A DNA stretch of 57,068 nucleotides from Oscillospiraceae bacterium (GCA_031549605.1 JAVBPM010000051.1:1-57068), one strand, 5' to 3'. Counted from the first letter of the stretch, positions 1 through 9,185 are shown. Numbers and translations: made by a program. Notes: generated by a model from the sequence alone, not told the origin.

Positions 1-129
1 CGCAAGTTCTATTCCTTTGATGACTTTGCCAAACAGCTCTCACTGCACAATCGTTGGTACAACCGCTTCCCCATGAAACCTCTCGCTTGGCGCTCTCCGC
101 TCGTCTTCCTCCGTGTAACACATGTTTGA
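1..129 (+). CDS. C-terminal end of an IS481-like (integrase core) transposase, truncated by the window edge
   Basis: Frame 1 reads RKFYSFDDFAKQLSLHNRWYNRFPMKPLAWRSP...HV*, resembling the C-terminus of clostridial integrase-core transposases; not in the ORF track. Confidence 0.7.
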   Translation, partial: RKFYSFDDFAKQLSLHNRWYNRFPMKPLAWRSPLVFLRVTHV

Positions 130-139
130 CAATCCTACA
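1..139 (+). mobile_element. Right end of an IS481-like insertion sequence
   Basis: The transposase stop lies inside TGTAACACATGTTTGACAATCCTACA (114-139), which ends in ACA as TGT...ACA-type IS termini do. Confidence 0.6.
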
Positions 140-169
140 CAAAAGCTCGCATCTTTTTTCGAAAGAGTG

Positions 170-198
170 TTGACAAATGCCGGTGCAGCACCTATAAT
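170..198 (+). promoter_or_regulatory. Sigma-A promoter of the tRNA cluster
   Basis: TTGACA-17 bp-TATAAT perfect consensus. Confidence 0.9.
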
Positions 199-225
199 GA
201 TAGGGCACTTTTGTAGTGCTTGCAT

Positions 226-302
226 GGCGGTATAGCTCAGTTGGCTAGAGCATTCGGTTCATACCCGGAGTGTCGTTGGTTCAAATCCGACTGCCGCTAC
301 CA
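226..302 (+). tRNA. tRNA-Met (CAT), elongator type
   Basis: Cloverleaf GGCGGTA...TGCCGCT ACCA; anticodon loop TT CAT AC; resembles Firmicutes elongator tRNA-Met. Confidence 0.93.
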
Positions 303-306
303 TCGG

Positions 307-341
307 CGAACAGCAGGTCTGTCGCTTGCTGTTCGTTTTTT
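307..341 (+). terminator. Terminator-like hairpin between tRNA-Met and tRNA-Glu
   Basis: CGAACAGCAGG / CTTGCTGTTCG stem followed by TTTTTT. Confidence 0.6.
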
Positions 342-343
342 AT

Positions 344-418
344 GGCCCGTTGGTCAAGCGGTCAAGACACCGCCCTTTCACGGCGGTAACAGGGGTTCGA
401 TTCCCCTACGGGTCACCA
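344..418 (+). tRNA. tRNA-Glu (TTC)
   Basis: Cloverleaf; anticodon stem CCGCC-CT TTC AC-GGCGG; encoded CCA. Confidence 0.95.
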
Positions 419-421
419 CTT

Positions 422-497
422 GGAGGCAGAGCTCAGTTGGTAGAGCACATGCTCCACACGCATGGGGTCAGGGGTTCGAGCCCCTTTGCCTCCACCA
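422..497 (+). tRNA. tRNA-Val (CAC)
   Basis: GGAGGCA/TGCCTCC acceptor stem, CATGC-TC CAC AC-GCATG anticodon arm, TTCGAGC T-loop, CCA. Confidence 0.88.
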
Positions 498-499
498 AG

Positions 500-541
500 A
501 CAACAGGGACGCCGGTTATTTTTCGGCGTCCCTGTTGTTTT
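500..541. terminator. Intrinsic terminator between the tRNA cluster and convergent spoIIR
   Basis: 15-bp stem ACAACAGGGACGCCG / CGGCGTCCCTGTTGT followed by T's. Confidence 0.85.
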
Positions 542-547
542 ATGCCC

Positions 548-1171
548 TTAGCCAAACAAGTCCTTGAGGGCCTGCCATAGCTCAATGCTTTTAAAGCGGT
601 ACTCGTAGCGCTCGTCGCTTTCGGTGATGAGTGCGACCTGCCCTTCGGTCAGCCCCGCTTGTGCGGCTTGCTCCGGCAGCGATTCGGTGGCCGCCTGAAT
701 GCAAAGCGGCGGAAAAACGACGCACCACCAGTTACGGCCGGCGCCGGCGCCGATGATGACGCGCAGTGCGCGATAGCGACCGGCGGGCAGGCTGAAACCG
801 GCGTAGTCTTTTGTGGGAAAATCGCTGATGCCCAGCTCAACACGCACGGGGTAGGCGTAGCCGCTGTTGGCGACCGCTTGCTGCGCTATGCGCTCCAGCT
901 CAGGTTGGTGTGCCAGAATAACGGCCTCGGCGGCCGCGCTGTCGCTGACGTTGCGCACCCATTGCGAGGCGGCGGAAAACACAGCGTCGCGTACCTTTAA
1001 CTTAAGCGCCTGATCGGCGTCGCTGTCGCTGTTGGCAATGACGTGCAGCCGCAGTAGCTTTCCGGCCAGCTGCGCCTGCTCGCGCTCGACATCGGCTGCC
1101 CAGACGGCGCCGGTAAACAGCGTAAGTACCAATCCCAGCGCGAGAGACAGTTCCCATTTTTTCAGTTTCAT
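548..1171 (-). CDS. spoIIR: Stage II sporulation protein R
   Basis: Signal peptide; LRLHVIANSDS..DQALKLKVRD, FPTK.Y....LPAG.Y.ALRV.IG...G.NWWCVVFPPLC motifs. Confidence 0.95.
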   Translation of the reverse strand: MKLKKWELSLALGLVLTLFTGAVWAADVEREQAQLAGKLLRLHVIANSDSDADQALKLKVRDAVFSAASQWVRNVSDSAAAEAVILAHQPELERIAQQAVANSGYAYPVRVELGISDFPTKDYAGFSLPAGRYRALRVIIGAGAGRNWWCVVFPPLCIQAATESLPEQAAQAGLTEGQVALITESDERYEYRFKSIELWQALKDLFG

Positions 1172-1195
1172 ACGTCAAACTCCTTTCGGTGACAA

Positions 1196-1225
1196 TAGCA
1201 TATCCACATCCGCCGCCGGTTAAAC
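1196..1225 (-). promoter_or_regulatory. Sigma-F-type promoter for spoIIR
   Basis: Minus strand GTTTA-15 bp-GGATATGCTA, near the GYWTA-N15-GGnnAnAnT consensus; spoIIR is SigF-dependent in studied Firmicutes. Confidence 0.65.
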
Positions 1226-1236
1226 GGCAGGTCAAT

Positions 1237-1265
1237 ACATAAAAGCTCCGAGCCGGTCATACCAT
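1237..1265 (+). promoter_or_regulatory. Sigma-E-type promoter for the DUF4830 gene
   Basis: ACATAAA...CATACCAT with ATA-N16-CATA spacing. Confidence 0.5.
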
Positions 1266-1294
1266 GTACAGAAACCGTAGAAGGGGTGTTGGGT

Positions 1295-1780
1295 GTGTTT
1301 ATTACATCAATCAAGCTGACAAAACAAAAGCTGGTGACGGCCATCATTGTCGTCGGGGTGCTGCTGGTGGCGCTCATTATCTGGCTGGCCAGCCAGGGCG
1401 GAACCGAGAGTCAAGCGACGGCAGCCGAGCTGCCCTCGGTCAAGAACATGAAAACCGAGCAGGATCGCGTCGGCTTTCTGACCGCCTGCGGCTGGCAGGT
1501 GTCTGCCGACAGCGCGGAAAGCCAAGAGGTGCTGATACCAAAGACCTTTGACGATGTGTTCGACAACTACAACGAGCTGCAAAAGACACAGGGCTTTGAC
1601 CTGTCGCAGTACAAGAACAAGCGGGTCATGCGCTATACATACACGGTGACCAACTACCCGACAGGCGAGGCCGGCGTGCAGGCGACGCTGCTGGTGTACA
1701 ACAACAAAATCGTCGGCGGGGACATTTGCTCAGCCAAGCTGGACGGCTTTATGCACGGCTTTCAGCTGCCCAAGACCTGA
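1295..1780 (+). CDS. DUF4830-family membrane-anchored protein
   Basis: N-terminal TM helix; EV.IP..FD.VF..YNELQK.QGFDLS.YK.K.V.RYTY...NYP and K.VGGDIC motifs; GTG start after AAGGGG. Confidence 0.8.
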   Translation: MFITSIKLTKQKLVTAIIVVGVLLVALIIWLASQGGTESQATAAELPSVKNMKTEQDRVGFLTACGWQVSADSAESQEVLIPKTFDDVFDNYNELQKTQGFDLSQYKNKRVMRYTYTVTNYPTGEAGVQATLLVYNNKIVGGDICSAKLDGFMHGFQLPKT

Positions 1781-1792
1781 GCCTGCCGGCGC

Positions 1793-1821
1793 AAAACAGC
1801 CGCATTTTTTGCGGCTGTTTT
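1793..1821 (+). terminator. Intrinsic terminator
   Basis: AAAACAGCCGC / GCGGCTGTTTT hairpin. Confidence 0.75.
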
Positions 1822-1850
1822 ACATTTTTGCGATAAAGCAATTTGAACTC

Positions 1851-1879
1851 TTGTCTTTTAGGGCGTTTTAGGATACAAT
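1851..1879 (+). promoter_or_regulatory. Sigma-A promoter of the asp23-fakA-recG operon
   Basis: TTGTCT-17 bp-TACAAT. Confidence 0.6.
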
Positions 1880-1909
1880 GATTAGACCAATACCGAAGGG
1901 GGATTCGGC

Positions 1910-2260
1910 ATGAAGATTCAAAATGAGCGCGGTACCATCACGATTATGAACGACGTTTTCTCCGTTATCGCCGGCTACGCCGCCACCAACTGCTTTGGTG
2001 TAAAGGGCATGGCGGTACGCACGGTCAGTGACGGCCTGGTGCATTTGCTGCGTCGTGAGAGCATGTCCAAGGGCGTTAAAATCAGCTATTACGAGGACAG
2101 CATCGGCATCGACCTGCACATTATTGTCGAACACGGCGTCAACATTCCGGCCGTTACCAGCTCGATTATGAGCGAGGTGCGCTATACTGTGCAACGGCTG
2201 ACCTCTATCAAAGTCAGAGAAGTCAACGTCTATGTTGACTCGATGATGGCGACTACGTGA
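1910..2260 (+). CDS. Asp23/Gls24 family protein (YloU-like)
   Basis: G.I.I...V...IAG.AA..CFGVKGM, IDLHIIV.HGVNI, VNVYV; upstream of a DAK2 gene. Confidence 0.9.
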   Translation: MKIQNERGTITIMNDVFSVIAGYAATNCFGVKGMAVRTVSDGLVHLLRRESMSKGVKISYYEDSIGIDLHIIVEHGVNIPAVTSSIMSEVRYTVQRLTSIKVREVNVYVDSMMATT

Positions 2261-2273
2261 GGAGGCAGCACGA

Positions 2274-3950
2274 TTGAAGGAGAGAATTGACGGCCGCCAG
2301 TTTGCCGCTATGGTGCTGGCTGCGGCCGCCGCAGTCGACAACGAGCGGCAGCTGATTAATGATTTGAACGTATTTCCCGTACCCGACGGCGACACCGGCA
2401 CCAATATGTCGCTGACGCTACAGGCGGCGGCCAAGGCGCTGCAAACCCTTGACGAGTCGCACGCCGGTCGTGTGGCCGAGCTGACGGCGTCGGCGGTGCT
2501 GCGCGGTGCGCGCGGTAACTCGGGTGTAATTTTGTCGCTGCTGTTCCGCGGCATCGGCAAGTCGCTCAAGGACAAAGAAACAGTCGACGGCGCCGAGTGG
2601 GCGGCCGCGCTGCACGAGGGTGTTGAGACGGCTTACGGCGCGGTGATGAAGCCGGCCGAGGGCACGATGCTGACCGTCAGCCGCATGGCGGCGGCGCACT
2701 GTTTGGCCGTGTCGCAGCAGAATAACTGTTTTGAGTTTGTGGCGCAGGAGTGCGTGACAGCCGCCGAAGAGGCGCTGGCCGAGACCATTTTCCAAAATCC
2801 GGTTTTGGAAAAAGCCGGCGTAATCGACTCGGGCGGCAAGGGTCTGTGCATTGCTTACGAGGCCATGCTGCAGCAGCTGCAGGGTACGTTTAAGCTGGAG
2901 AAGAAGGCGCCTGTCGTTCGCGAGAAAGCCGACTTTTCCGATTTTGACAACGAGGAGATTACCTTCCTCTACTGCACCGAGTTTATCATTCTGCGCGATA
3001 GCGCCAACAGCGATGTCCATCCGTTGCGCACGGCGCTGGACGCCATGGGCGACAGCATGGTCTTTGTCGACGACGAGTCGATTATCAAGGTGCATTTGCA
3101 CACTGACCACCCCGGCAAGGCGATTGAAAAGGCGCTGACGCTGGGTCAGCTGACCGCTATAAAGATTGAAAATATGCGCGAGCAGCACACCGAAAAGGTG
3201 ATTACACAAGATGCTGCCGATGAGCCGCAGGTCGATACGCCGCAAGCGGTAGAGGCCGAGCCGAAGAAGCTCGAGCCGGTCAAGATTACCAAGCCCTACG
3301 GCTTTGTCGCCGTCGTCGCCGGTGACGGCGTGGCGTCGGTCTACCGTGACTTGGGTGCCGACGCGCTGATTGAGGGCGGGCAGACGATGAACCCCTCGAC
3401 CGACGACATTGTGGCGCAGATTAACGCGACACCGGCAGAGACGGTGTTTGTGCTGCCCAACAATAAGAATATCATCATGGCGGCCGATCAGGCCGTGCCG
3501 CTCTGCACAACGCGGCAGGTGATTGTCGTTCCGACTAAGACCATTGCCATGGGCATTGGCGCACTGATGGCGTTTGACCCCGACAGCGACGCGTCTGCCA
3601 ATGCCACGCAGATGATGGAGGCGGCCAGCGCCGTCAGCACAGGGCAAATTACCTACGCGGCGCGCAACTCGACCTTTGACGGTCGTGACATTTCCGAGGG
3701 CGACCATATGGCGCTGCTCAATGGTCAACTGGTGCACAACGAGGCCGATCGGTTGGCGACCTGTGCCGCGCTGGCGGGCAAAATGGCTGAGAGCCGCCCG
3801 TCGTTTATCACCATCTTCTACGGTGAGGGCGTTGAGGCCGAGGAGGCGGAAAAGGTGGAGGCGTTGTACGGAAACGCCTGTCCCGACGCCGAAATCAGTA
3901 TCATTGACGGCGGCCAGCCGGTGTATTATTACCTGATCAGCGCCGAATGA
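2274..3950 (+). CDS. fakA: DAK2-domain fatty acid kinase catalytic subunit (YloV/FakA)
   Basis: LNVFPVPDGDTGTNM, GARGNSGVILS, YCTEF, KVH.HT, GGQTMNPST, GGQPVYYY. Confidence 0.92.
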   Translation: MKERIDGRQFAAMVLAAAAAVDNERQLINDLNVFPVPDGDTGTNMSLTLQAAAKALQTLDESHAGRVAELTASAVLRGARGNSGVILSLLFRGIGKSLKDKETVDGAEWAAALHEGVETAYGAVMKPAEGTMLTVSRMAAAHCLAVSQQNNCFEFVAQECVTAAEEALAETIFQNPVLEKAGVIDSGGKGLCIAYEAMLQQLQGTFKLEKKAPVVREKADFSDFDNEEITFLYCTEFIILRDSANSDVHPLRTALDAMGDSMVFVDDESIIKVHLHTDHPGKAIEKALTLGQLTAIKIENMREQHTEKVITQDAADEPQVDTPQAVEAEPKKLEPVKITKPYGFVAVVAGDGVASVYRDLGADALIEGGQTMNPSTDDIVAQINATPAETVFVLPNNKNIIMAADQAVPLCTTRQVIVVPTKTIAMGIGALMAFDPDSDASANATQMMEAASAVSTGQITYAARNSTFDGRDISEGDHMALLNGQLVHNEADRLATCAALAGKMAESRPSFITIFYGEGVEAEEAEKVEALYGNACPDAEISIIDGGQPVYYYLISAE

Positions 3951-5965
3951 GCCAGCTGCAGTACCTCAAGGGCGTCGGTGAGCAAAAGGCCAAGCTGTTG
4001 GCCAAGCTGGATTTGCACACGCCGCAGGATTTGCTGAGCTATTTCCCACGCACGTATCAGGACCGCAGCCAGCTGACGGTGCTGTTCGGCGCCGAGGCGG
4101 GCCGACAGGTCTGTATCCGCGCTCAAGTGATCCGGCCGCTGCGCGAGTCGCGCTTTGGCAAAGGGAAGACGATGTTTACAACCCGTGTCGGTGACGGCAC
4201 GGGTTTTTGCTCACTTGTCTTTTTCAATGCACCTTACTTACGCAACACATTGACCGAGGGCGAGCAGTATCTTTTTTTCGGCAAGCTGGTCGAGGGCAAA
4301 CAGGGCTGGGAGATGGTCAATCCCCTGTTTGAAAAAGAAGGTGTCGGCAGACTGTTGGGGCGTATTGTACCCGTCTACTGGCTGACGCAGGGCGTTAACT
4401 CCGGCTTTTTGGCCGCCTGTGTCGAGCAAGTGCTGCGCGACACAACGCAGCGACCCGCCGAGATCCTGCCCGAGCCACTGCGTGACGAGTACAAGCTGTG
4501 CCATGTCGACTTTGCCTACCGGCATATCCACTTTCCCGACGACGAGCAGACGCTGGTCATGGCGCGGCGTCGCCTTGTATTCGAGGAGTTGCTGCTGATG
4601 GCGCTGGGCGTGCGGCGGCTGCGCGCCGGCAGGGCCACGCACGCCGGGCCGGCGGTGCCCGACGGCGACTGGCGCGGCTTTGCCGACCGCCTGCCCTTTA
4701 CGCTGACGCCCGATCAACAAGCGGCCGTGGACGACGCCGTGGCCGATATGCAATCGGGCAAGGCCATGCACCGGCTGCTGCAGGGCGATGTCGGGTCGGG
4801 CAAAACGGCGGTGGCGGCAGCGCTGGCGTATGTGGCGGCGCAAAACGGGCTGCAAACGGCGCTGATGGCGCCGACCGAGCTGCTGGCCAGTCAGCATGCC
4901 GACAGTCTGCGCCAGCTGTTGCCCGACTGTCGTGTCGAGCTGTGTACCGGCCAGTTAAAGGCCGCCGAGCGCAAGCGGGTACAGGCGCTGGTCGCCGACG
5001 GTACCGCCGACATTGTCGTCGGCACGCAGGCGCTGTTGTCCGAAAGCGTTGCCTTTGCCGCGCTGGGGCTGGTCATTACTGACGAGCAACACCGCTTTGG
5101 TGTCGAGCAGCGGCAGCTGCTGTCGCAAAAGGCGGGCCGCGAGCCGCATGTGCTGGTCATGAGCGCCACGCCGATACCGCGCTCATTGGCGCTGATTCTT
5201 TACGGCGATTTGGATATCAGCGTCATTAAATCCATGCCGGCGCAGCGCAAGCCGATTGACACCTTTGTCGTCGACGAGCGCTATCGTCAGCGACTGCAAG
5301 CCTTTGTTCGCAAGCTGGTGGGTGAGGGTCGACAGGTTTATATCGTCTGTCCCCGCGTCGAGCCTGACGAAGAGGGCGAGAGCCAGCTCAAGTCGGCCGA
5401 ACAGCTGGCCAAGGAGCTGCAGGACAAGGTCTACCCCGACCTGCGGGTCGGGCTGTTACACGGCAAGAGCAAGGACAAGGAAAAGGTAATGGCCGCCTTT
5501 GCGCGGCAGGAATCGGACATTTTGGTGGCGACAACGGTCATTGAGGTCGGCATCGACGTGCCCAATGCCGCGCTGATGATTGTCGAGAATGCCGACCTGT
5601 TCGGTTTGTCGCAGCTGCACCAGCTGCGCGGCCGCGTCGGGCGCGGCGCGTGGCAGTCCTATTGCATTTTAATCAACAGCGGTGGCGGCGGTGTGGCACA
5701 GCAGCGGCTGGAGGTTATGGCCGGCACGCGCGACGGCTTTGTCATTGCCGAGCAGGACCTAAAGTTGCGCGGCCCGGGCGACTTTTTCGGAGACCGGCAG
5801 CATGGACGCGCACTGATGAAGATTGCCGACCTGGCCAACGACGCGGCAGTGCTCAAGCAAGCGACGGCGGCGGCCAACACCTTGACGGCGCGCGACCCCG
5901 AGCTGATACTTGCCGAAAATCAGCCACTTCGGCACGCAGTTGAACAACTGATGGCCCATTTGTGA
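3947..5965 (+). CDS. recG: ATP-dependent DNA helicase RecG
   Basis: LLQGDVGSGKT, DEQHRFGV, MSATPIPR, QLHQLRGRVGRG, DL.LRGPG. Confidence 0.97.
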   Translation: MSQLQYLKGVGEQKAKLLAKLDLHTPQDLLSYFPRTYQDRSQLTVLFGAEAGRQVCIRAQVIRPLRESRFGKGKTMFTTRVGDGTGFCSLVFFNAPYLRNTLTEGEQYLFFGKLVEGKQGWEMVNPLFEKEGVGRLLGRIVPVYWLTQGVNSGFLAACVEQVLRDTTQRPAEILPEPLRDEYKLCHVDFAYRHIHFPDDEQTLVMARRRLVFEELLLMALGVRRLRAGRATHAGPAVPDGDWRGFADRLPFTLTPDQQAAVDDAVADMQSGKAMHRLLQGDVGSGKTAVAAALAYVAAQNGLQTALMAPTELLASQHADSLRQLLPDCRVELCTGQLKAAERKRVQALVADGTADIVVGTQALLSESVAFAALGLVITDEQHRFGVEQRQLLSQKAGREPHVLVMSATPIPRSLALILYGDLDISVIKSMPAQRKPIDTFVVDERYRQRLQAFVRKLVGEGRQVYIVCPRVEPDEEGESQLKSAEQLAKELQDKVYPDLRVGLLHGKSKDKEKVMAAFARQESDILVATTVIEVGIDVPNAALMIVENADLFGLSQLHQLRGRVGRGAWQSYCILINSGGGGVAQQRLEVMAGTRDGFVIAEQDLKLRGPGDFFGDRQHGRALMKIADLANDAAVLKQATAAANTLTARDPELILAENQPLRHAVEQLMAHL

Positions 5966-5974
5966 GGAGAGACG

Positions 5975-6880
5975 ATGAAGACCTTTGAACATCCCTTTGT
6001 GGTCGACAAACCGACCACACTGCTGGCTTTCTTGCTGGCTCAAATTAACCATTTGTCACGCAATGCCGTGAAATCGCTGCTTAAAAACGGTGTTGTGCGC
6101 GTCAACGGCGCGACTGTCAAGCAGTTTGACACGCCGCTGCGCGTCGGCGACAGCGTGGAAATTGGTCAGCAGCGCCGTGACGCGACGCTGCCCGGTCTGA
6201 TTTATGAGGACGCCCAGTTGCTGGTGCTTAACAAACCGGCCGGGCTGTTGACGGTGGCTGATGAGCGCGAAAAACTCAACACCGCCTATCGGCTGGCCAC
6301 CGACTATCTCAAGGCCAAGGAGCCGGACGGGCGGCTGTTTGTTGTGCACCGGCTCGACCGCGACACATCGGGGCTGGTCGTCTTTGCCAAGCAGGAGTCG
6401 GTCAAGCAGGCATTGCAGGACAACTGGGCCAACGTCGCGCGTCAGCGCGGCTATACGGCGCTGGTGGAGGGTCGTGTGGCGCTTGACGCCGACCGGCTAA
6501 CCTCATGGCTGTTTGAGACCAAGACGCATCTGGTTGTCGCCAGCGAAACGCCGGAGGGTGGGCAAAAGGCGGTGACCGATTATCGTGTGATGGTACGCGG
6601 CGATGAGTTTTCGCTGCTTGATTTGCGACTGCACACCGGGCGCAAGAACCAAATTCGCGTGCAGCTGCAACAGCTGGGACACCCCGTGGTCGGCGATAAA
6701 AAGTATGGCGCAAAGGCCAATCCCGTGCGGCGGCTGTGTCTGCACGCCCATTTGCTAGAGCTGGCCTATCCCATAGCCGACCGCGTGCTGACCTTTGAGG
6801 CGCCGGCGCCGCCGGCATGGCGGCGACTGGCCGAGGGCGGCGAGCCGCCGGCAGTGGCACCGAGGAAACGCAAGAAATAG
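5975..6880 (+). CDS. RluA/RluD family pseudouridine synthase with S4 domain
   Basis: NKPAGL, VHRLDRDTSG, TGRKNQIRV, GD.KYG. Confidence 0.93.
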   Translation: MKTFEHPFVVDKPTTLLAFLLAQINHLSRNAVKSLLKNGVVRVNGATVKQFDTPLRVGDSVEIGQQRRDATLPGLIYEDAQLLVLNKPAGLLTVADEREKLNTAYRLATDYLKAKEPDGRLFVVHRLDRDTSGLVVFAKQESVKQALQDNWANVARQRGYTALVEGRVALDADRLTSWLFETKTHLVVASETPEGGQKAVTDYRVMVRGDEFSLLDLRLHTGRKNQIRVQLQQLGHPVVGDKKYGAKANPVRRLCLHAHLLELAYPIADRVLTFEAPAPPAWRRLAEGGEPPAVAPRKRKK

Positions 6881-6882
6881 AA

Positions 6883-6918
6883 CAAGCCTGTCACGTAACC
6901 GTGACAGGCTTGTCTTTT
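6883..6918. terminator. Terminator between convergent genes
   Basis: CAAGCCTGTCACG / CGTGACAGGCTTG stem followed by TCTTTT. Confidence 0.85.
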
Positions 6919-6924
6919 GAGCGC

Positions 6925-7575
6925 TTAGCGTAATAGCAGCAATGAGCAGGCCAGCAGCATTTGCCCGACAAAGTAGACAATGCGGTTGAGGGCCAGCCAG
7001 ATAAAGCGGCGGTCGTGGTAGTCCCAAATGCCGAGAAAAACGTCGGATATAAAGAAGCACAGGCCGCCGGCGGCCAATACCAGCGATGGCGTGCAGCCGA
7101 AGGTCAGGCCGATTTGCAGTGCCTTGGCGGCCATCAGCGTGACCAGCACGGTGTAGAGCGACAGCTGGAATTTGGCGGCGCCGAGGTTCCATTTCTGCGA
7201 CAGCTGAAAGGCGAGCAGCAGTAGGTTCATCGCGGCAAAGATGACCCATTCGAGCCAGCCGACGTTGTAGGCGTGAAAGAAAGCAACCAGCAGGCAGCCG
7301 TGCATGGCGCCAAAGCAGAGAATGCCCAGGCGGTAGCGCGGCAGGTTGCTGGTGATGTACTGTAGAAAGTAGTCGGCGGGCACGGCGCAGGTCAGTCCAA
7401 TGGCGATGAGCCACGCGTAGCCGGTGCCCAGCTGTGCGGCGGCCACCAGTGCCGTGGCGGCGCACGCCGCCGACAGCACTATCTTGAGCGTCGTCGCCGG
7501 CCAGAAGCGCTGCCGCTGCTCCAGTAGGCAGTAAACGGCGAGAACAATCAGAAAGGGCGGCCAGATGTACAGCAT
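6925..7575 (-). CDS. Lysoplasmalogenase / YhhN-family membrane protein
   Basis: Multi-pass hydrophobic protein; D.FL, G..CFG.MH, F.ISD.FLG, Y.VGQ.LLA motifs; ATG at 7575 after GGAGG. Confidence 0.8.
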   Translation of the reverse strand: MLYIWPPFLIVLAVYCLLEQRQRFWPATTLKIVLSAACAATALVAAAQLGTGYAWLIAIGLTCAVPADYFLQYITSNLPRYRLGILCFGAMHGCLLVAFFHAYNVGWLEWVIFAAMNLLLLAFQLSQKWNLGAAKFQLSLYTVLVTLMAAKALQIGLTFGCTPSLVLAAGGLCFFISDVFLGIWDYHDRRFIWLALNRIVYFVGQMLLACSLLLLR

Positions 7576-7601
7576 CGTATCGCCTCCGTGCAATGATGGG
7601 G

Positions 7602-9185
7602 TTAGAACAAGTCCTGCAAACGCTGCCAGAAGGTAGTCTCGGTGGTGCTGTCGGGCGCCGGCGCGGTGGCCGCTTTGCGGATGGCCGGTGTTTTGATGAC
7701 AAATTGCACCATTTCAATCTGGGTGTTTTGGCTGGAGGCAAAAGAAGTGGGCGTAAACCCGCCGCCGGTGACGCTGCCCAGCGTCTCCTCCAGCGCCGAC
7801 GACAGCTGTGTCATGGTGTCGGCGGTTTGGGTGTTGAGCTGGTTGGTGCCGTCGGCCAGCTTGCCGATATTCTCCAAAAACTTATCGGAGCCGGTCTTGA
7901 GCGCGGTGACGCCGACCAGCTGCTGGCCGTAGCCGTCCGATAGTGTCTTGAACGAGGTCTGAAATTCGCCGATGCCGCTGCGCAGCGAGGTTACCGCCGT
8001 GGCCGCCTGACCAATCTTGCCGGTGTAGGCGAGCAGGGCGTTGTAGTAGTCACGGATGCTTTGCAGTTGAGTAATCATGGGCGGAATAATGGTGCTGTAG
8101 CCGCCGGTGGGGTTGGCGGTGGTCAGCTGTGTCTGGATGCCGGTCAGCTGGCTGGCAAAGTTGTCGTTGGTCAGCGTAACCGGTGTCATTTTAGCGGCGG
8201 CCAGCAGGGCGTTGACCTGTTTTTGCGCGGCGGCCAGACTGTCGGTAAACAGCTTCCAGCACTTGTCGGTCAGCTCGTCCTTTTGTTTGGCCAGCAGGTC
8301 CATGTCGGTGCTGAGCGTGGTGGCGCCGCCAAACAGCGAGTTAAGGTAGGTGCTCATGGTGGGCAGCCCCTTGTTGATGCTGTCCATGCTCGTTTGCAGC
8401 GAGTTGATGCCGGTCACCATGTCGTTTGAGCCCGTTTTAATGGCCTGTGCGCCGGTGTTGACGGCCGATACACCGGTTTGGAAGGCGGACAGTTGCTCCT
8501 CAAGACTGCCCAGCCCGCCGCCGGTTAGGTCGAAGTTGAGCTCGAGATAGATGCCGCTAATGGTAATAGCCGGCATTTCAAAATCGCTTACATCGGCGAA
8601 AATGGTAATTTCGGTCTTGGTCTTGGGCAGGATGGTGTAGGTCATCTGCCGGCTGTTGCCGACATTGGCCAGTGTGGCGCCGGAGGCGTCGATGTTTTGG
8701 CACTTTCCGGCGTCGAGCTGCACGGCCACCTGCAGCGTGAAGTGGTCGTAAAAAACGTCGTCGGGACGGCCGCTGCCGTCAATGCCAATCGTCATTTGCA
8801 GTCGGCCGCTTTGGCCGGCCAGTGCGTCGGCGGCCATCTCGGTGCCGTCAAGCAGATAGCGGATGGAAAAGGTCCACGGCAGATCGGGTGAAATCAGCTT
8901 GCCCTCGTAGGTGAAGGGCACGTTGCCGGCTTCGCTGGTTACGATGCCGTCCTGCTGTTGAACCGGCTGCTGGCCGGTCATGTTGCGCACCTCGCTGTAA
9001 TTGCCGTAGTCGGCGATGTTGCCACCCTGAGGGAAGGTGTTGACTACATAGACGGCCTGCGGAATGCCGCTTGGGTCGAGATTGGCGTACACGACCTCTT
9101 GCTTGGCCGAGGCGGGTGACAGCAGTGTCGTCAGGGCTGTCAGTGCCAGCGCTCCGGCGGTCAGCCGTTTTGTCAATCGCTTCAT
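7602..9185 (-). CDS. Secreted heptad-repeat (xxxLxxG) protein, MMPL partner (YhgE/Pip-like)
   Basis: Signal peptide, KQEVVYANLD.SG N-domain, LxxG heptads, C-terminal SF.S..N.....VQFVIKT..I and FWQRL..LF. Confidence 0.75.
   Translation of the reverse strand: MKRLTKRLTAGALALTALTTLLSPASAKQEVVYANLDPSGIPQAVYVVNTFPQGGNIADYGNYSEVRNMTGQQPVQQQDGIVTSEAGNVPFTYEGKLISPDLPWTFSIRYLLDGTEMAADALAGQSGRLQMTIGIDGSGRPDDVFYDHFTLQVAVQLDAGKCQNIDASGATLANVGNSRQMTYTILPKTKTEITIFADVSDFEMPAITISGIYLELNFDLTGGGLGSLEEQLSAFQTGVSAVNTGAQAIKTGSNDMVTGINSLQTSMDSINKGLPTMSTYLNSLFGGATTLSTDMDLLAKQKDELTDKCWKLFTDSLAAAQKQVNALLAAAKMTPVTLTNDNFASQLTGIQTQLTTANPTGGYSTIIPPMITQLQSIRDYYNALLAYTGKIGQAATAVTSLRSGIGEFQTSFKTLSDGYGQQLVGVTALKTGSDKFLENIGKLADGTNQLNTQTADTMTQLSSALEETLGSVTGGGFTPTSFASSQNTQIEMVQFVIKTPAIRKAATAPAPDSTTETTFWQRLQDLF

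Noticed and set aside
40-580. ORFs 40-225, 220-567 and 326-580
   Set aside because: They overlap the tRNA genes, their promoter and the IS end; spurious
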